A DNA stretch of 64,000 nucleotides from an uncultured bacterium (GTDB lineage Bacteria; Schekmanbacteria; GWA2-38-11; J061). The stretch is taken from positions 13,205 to 77,204 of the forward strand of contig CAZJVM010000004.1 in NCBI GenBank assembly GCA_964549305.1, in the 5' to 3' direction. How positions within the stretch are numbered: the first letter of the stretch is position 1; each line of letters starts with the position of its first letter. Below, piece by piece: positions 61,551 to 64,000 of this stretch. The notes under the pieces are model-generated. The model saw only the letters and a program-made list of their open reading frames with translations. It was not told the origin of the DNA and did no database searches. A program made the position numbers and the translations under genes.

Positions 61551-62132
61551 ATGATTTCCACTATCCTTTTATGTGCTGGAAAGTCGAGAAGGATGGGAAG
61601 GTCAAAGTTGCTGCTTCCTTTCAAAGGAAAAAGAGTAATCGACATCGTTTTAGATAATCTGCTGAATTCAAAAACGGAGAGAGTCGTCATAGTCGCAAGA
61701 GAAAATGACAATGACCTTTTAGAGCGAATCCCCGATGATGATAGAATAAGCGTAACCTTTAACAATGCCGAAAATGCCGATATGTTCTCCTCAGTTGTAT
61801 GCGGGACCAGGTTTTTTAAAGATGACACATCTTCGTTGATGTTTTTTTTGGGAGAACATCCTCTTATCGACTACAAAACAATCAATACCATAATAGACGC
61901 TTTCGAAAATAACGATAACAGAATCGCCCTTCCCGTCTATGAAAAGATAAAGGGACATCCGGTAATCATTGATAATTCCCTGAAAAATGAGATATTCTCT
62001 TCCCAAACACATTGCCTTAAAGATATAATGCGCAAATATGAAGGCGAAATCCTTGAAGTAGAGGTTGAATGCAGAGGAATTGCGATTGACCTGGACACTG
62101 AGGAAGATTATAAAAAATTGTTGGAGGAATAG
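61551..62132 (+). CDS. mocA: Molybdenum cofactor cytidylyltransferase
   Basis: LLCAGKSRRMGRSKLLLPF, GHPV, DLDTEEDY; ATG 61551 follows the Mo subunit. Confidence 0.82.
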   Translation: MISTILLCAGKSRRMGRSKLLLPFKGKRVIDIVLDNLLNSKTERVVIVARENDNDLLERIPDDDRISVTFNNAENADMFSSVVCGTRFFKDDTSSLMFFLGEHPLIDYKTINTIIDAFENNDNRIALPVYEKIKGHPVIIDNSLKNEIFSSQTHCLKDIMRKYEGEILEVEVECRGIAIDLDTEEDYKKLLEE

Positions 62133-62136
62133 TTAA

Positions 62137-62904
62137 ATGGATATTTATGACGAAATACAAAATCTAAAAAAAGAAGGCAAGGCAGGTGCTTTGATAACGG
62201 TTATCGAAACGAAAGGCTCTACTCCTCGAGAAGAGGGCGCAAAAATGATTGTTGTCGAAGACGGCACCATAAGAGGCACTATTGGCGGTGGATGTGTTGA
62301 AGGACAGGTATGGGAAGAAGCAAAGGAAATAATTAAAAAAGGGGGGCTTAAAACTCTGGAATTTGACCTCCTCGATGATGAGCTCGAAGGAGAAGGACAG
62401 GCATGCGGAGGGAATATGAAAGTTTTAATAGAATCTTTATCTCCTCAGAAAAAGGTCATCATCTTCGGAGCAGGCCATATTTCCCTCTATCTTGCAAACC
62501 TGTGTAAAATGCTGGATTTCAATACAACTGTTATCGATGACAGGGAAGAATACGCATCGACGGAGAGATTCCCCGATGCGGATGAGGTTATCGTAACGGA
62601 ATTTGCCGAAGCTTTTCAGAAATGCAAAGTAAACGAAAACACCTTCATTGTAATCGTAACGCGAGGTCATAAATACGACAAGATGATGCTTGAAGAAAGT
62701 CTGAAGACAACCGCATACTACATTGGAATGATAGGAAGTAAATCTAAACTAAAGGGTATCTTCGACTCTCTCAAAGAAAAGGGATTCACCAATGATGATA
62801 TCAAGCGAGTCCACTCCCCCATAGGAATTCCCATTCACAGCGAATCACCGCAGGAAATCGCGGTGAGCATTGCCGGAGAATTGATAAAGAAAAGCAGGGA
62901 GTAA
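62137..62904 (+). CDS. xdhC: XdhC/CoxI-family Moco insertion chaperone
   Basis: GSTPREEGAKM, GTIGGGCVE, CGG, FGAGH, TRGH, YIGMIGS, SPIG, EIAVSI. Confidence 0.92.
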   Translation: MDIYDEIQNLKKEGKAGALITVIETKGSTPREEGAKMIVVEDGTIRGTIGGGCVEGQVWEEAKEIIKKGGLKTLEFDLLDDELEGEGQACGGNMKVLIESLSPQKKVIIFGAGHISLYLANLCKMLDFNTTVIDDREEYASTERFPDADEVIVTEFAEAFQKCKVNENTFIVIVTRGHKYDKMMLEESLKTTAYYIGMIGSKSKLKGIFDSLKEKGFTNDDIKRVHSPIGIPIHSESPQEIAVSIAGELIKKSRE

Positions 62905-62967
62905 AATCCAACACCCCACATCCCTCACTATTGAAATCGGGAATGTTTAAAAAACGTCTTTTGCCGA

Positions 62968-63273
62968 TTACCGGGAATTTACTTTAAGCAGAGGAATCAA
63001 TTGCTTGATGCTCTTTCTAATAAGCGTATTCTCTCTGTTTATATTGAGTCCCACCTGCCATTTTTTCAGAGCTTCTTCAAATTTTCCCATTTCGTAATAG
63101 GCAGAACCTAGATTATAGTATCCGTTATCAAAATTCGGATTTAAAGAGATAGCTTTTTCATACTCTTCAATGGCTTTTGTATAAAAACCGCGATTTTTAA
63201 AAAATATACCGCGATTGTTATAAAAAAGATATCCTGACATTTTTCGTTTTTTGTTTCTTTCTGTTTCTTTCAT
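62968..63273 (-). CDS. Small TPR protein
   Basis: YNNRG...AIEEYEKAISLNPNFDNGYYNLGSAYYEMGKFEEA; SD aagga. Confidence 0.8.
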   Translation of the reverse strand: MKETERNKKRKMSGYLFYNNRGIFFKNRGFYTKAIEEYEKAISLNPNFDNGYYNLGSAYYEMGKFEEALKKWQVGLNINRENTLIRKSIKQLIPLLKVNSR

Positions 63274-63321
63274 CGTTCCTTCCCCATCATTTTTTTGTTA
63301 TTGTTTTTATTCAACTTAATA

Positions 63322-63337
63322 TGCATTTTGCGTGCCA
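63322..63337 (-). promoter_or_regulatory. Sigma54 -24/-12 promoter candidate of the TPR gene
   Basis: Minus-strand TGGCACGCAAAATGCA about 50 bp upstream of the ATG. Confidence 0.65.
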
Positions 63338-63527
63338 TATTTCAAAAAAAAATACTGTTTAAATAATTCCGTAAATTCAAGAAGTTAGGTGTGAATTCAC
63401 CTTTTGACACTTATCGTTTATTGACATTTTTACAAAAAATTATGTCAATTTTGACATCATTTTTTCCAAGTCTGGAAAGAAACTATGAAATTTGGTGTAA
63501 TTTTTCAAATAAAAAACGGACGTACCC

Positions 63528-63570
63528 AAAAAAAAGGTTCCGCATTAAAAAAAATGCGGAACCTAAAAAA
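63528..63570 (-). terminator. rRNA operon terminator
   Basis: aggttccgcatt/aatgcggaacct hairpin flanked by A runs immediately 3' of 5S. Confidence 0.85.
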
Positions 63571-63572
63571 GA

Positions 63573-63687
<115 letters not shown>

Positions 63688-63727
63688 AAGCTGTACATAA
63701 TATAATTTTAATTTGTAAAAAAAAGAG

Positions 63728-64000
<273 letters not shown>

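Overview
64 kb of chromosome from an AT-rich, diderm and probably anaerobic bacterium; the gene content (TolC, OprO/P porin, deltaproteobacterial-type PilA, sigma54 promoters) fits Desulfobacterota/Nitrospinae-like lineages, but this is not proven. All calls come from reading motifs by eye; no database search was run. Left to right: a MoxR/DUF58 operon; groES-groEL with a perfect CIRCE; tatB-tatC-TPR/LysM lipoprotein; larC, DUF1015 and an LpoA-like lipoprotein; pyrR-B-C-K-D-lspA-carB; a sigma54-driven type IV pilin with an O-oligosaccharyltransferase-like gene and a PilG/XapA-like gene; a B12 radical SAM gene; an 8-gene uncharacterised redox/catabolic operon (26.3-35.9 kb); fprA; a Moco/Tuco RNA motif upstream of porin-tupABC; gspN; csoR-copZ-copA; a second B12 radical SAM gene; tolC; sigma54 glnA; an HdrB-HdrC fusion heading a split archaeal-type glutamate synthase; a xanthine-dehydrogenase-family molybdoenzyme with mocA and xdhC; and the end of an rRNA operon (5S, 3' end of 23S). 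Best novelty candidates: (1) a Moco-motif RNA whose sequestered Shine-Dalgarno serves an 8-codon leader ORF ending inside an intrinsic terminator; (2) an HdrBC fusion translationally coupled to a split GOGAT; (3) the unassigned flavoprotein/CCG/GltD-like operon; (4) a candidate oxyanion porin in the tungstate operon. No CRISPR array, tRNA, transposase or prophage was seen.
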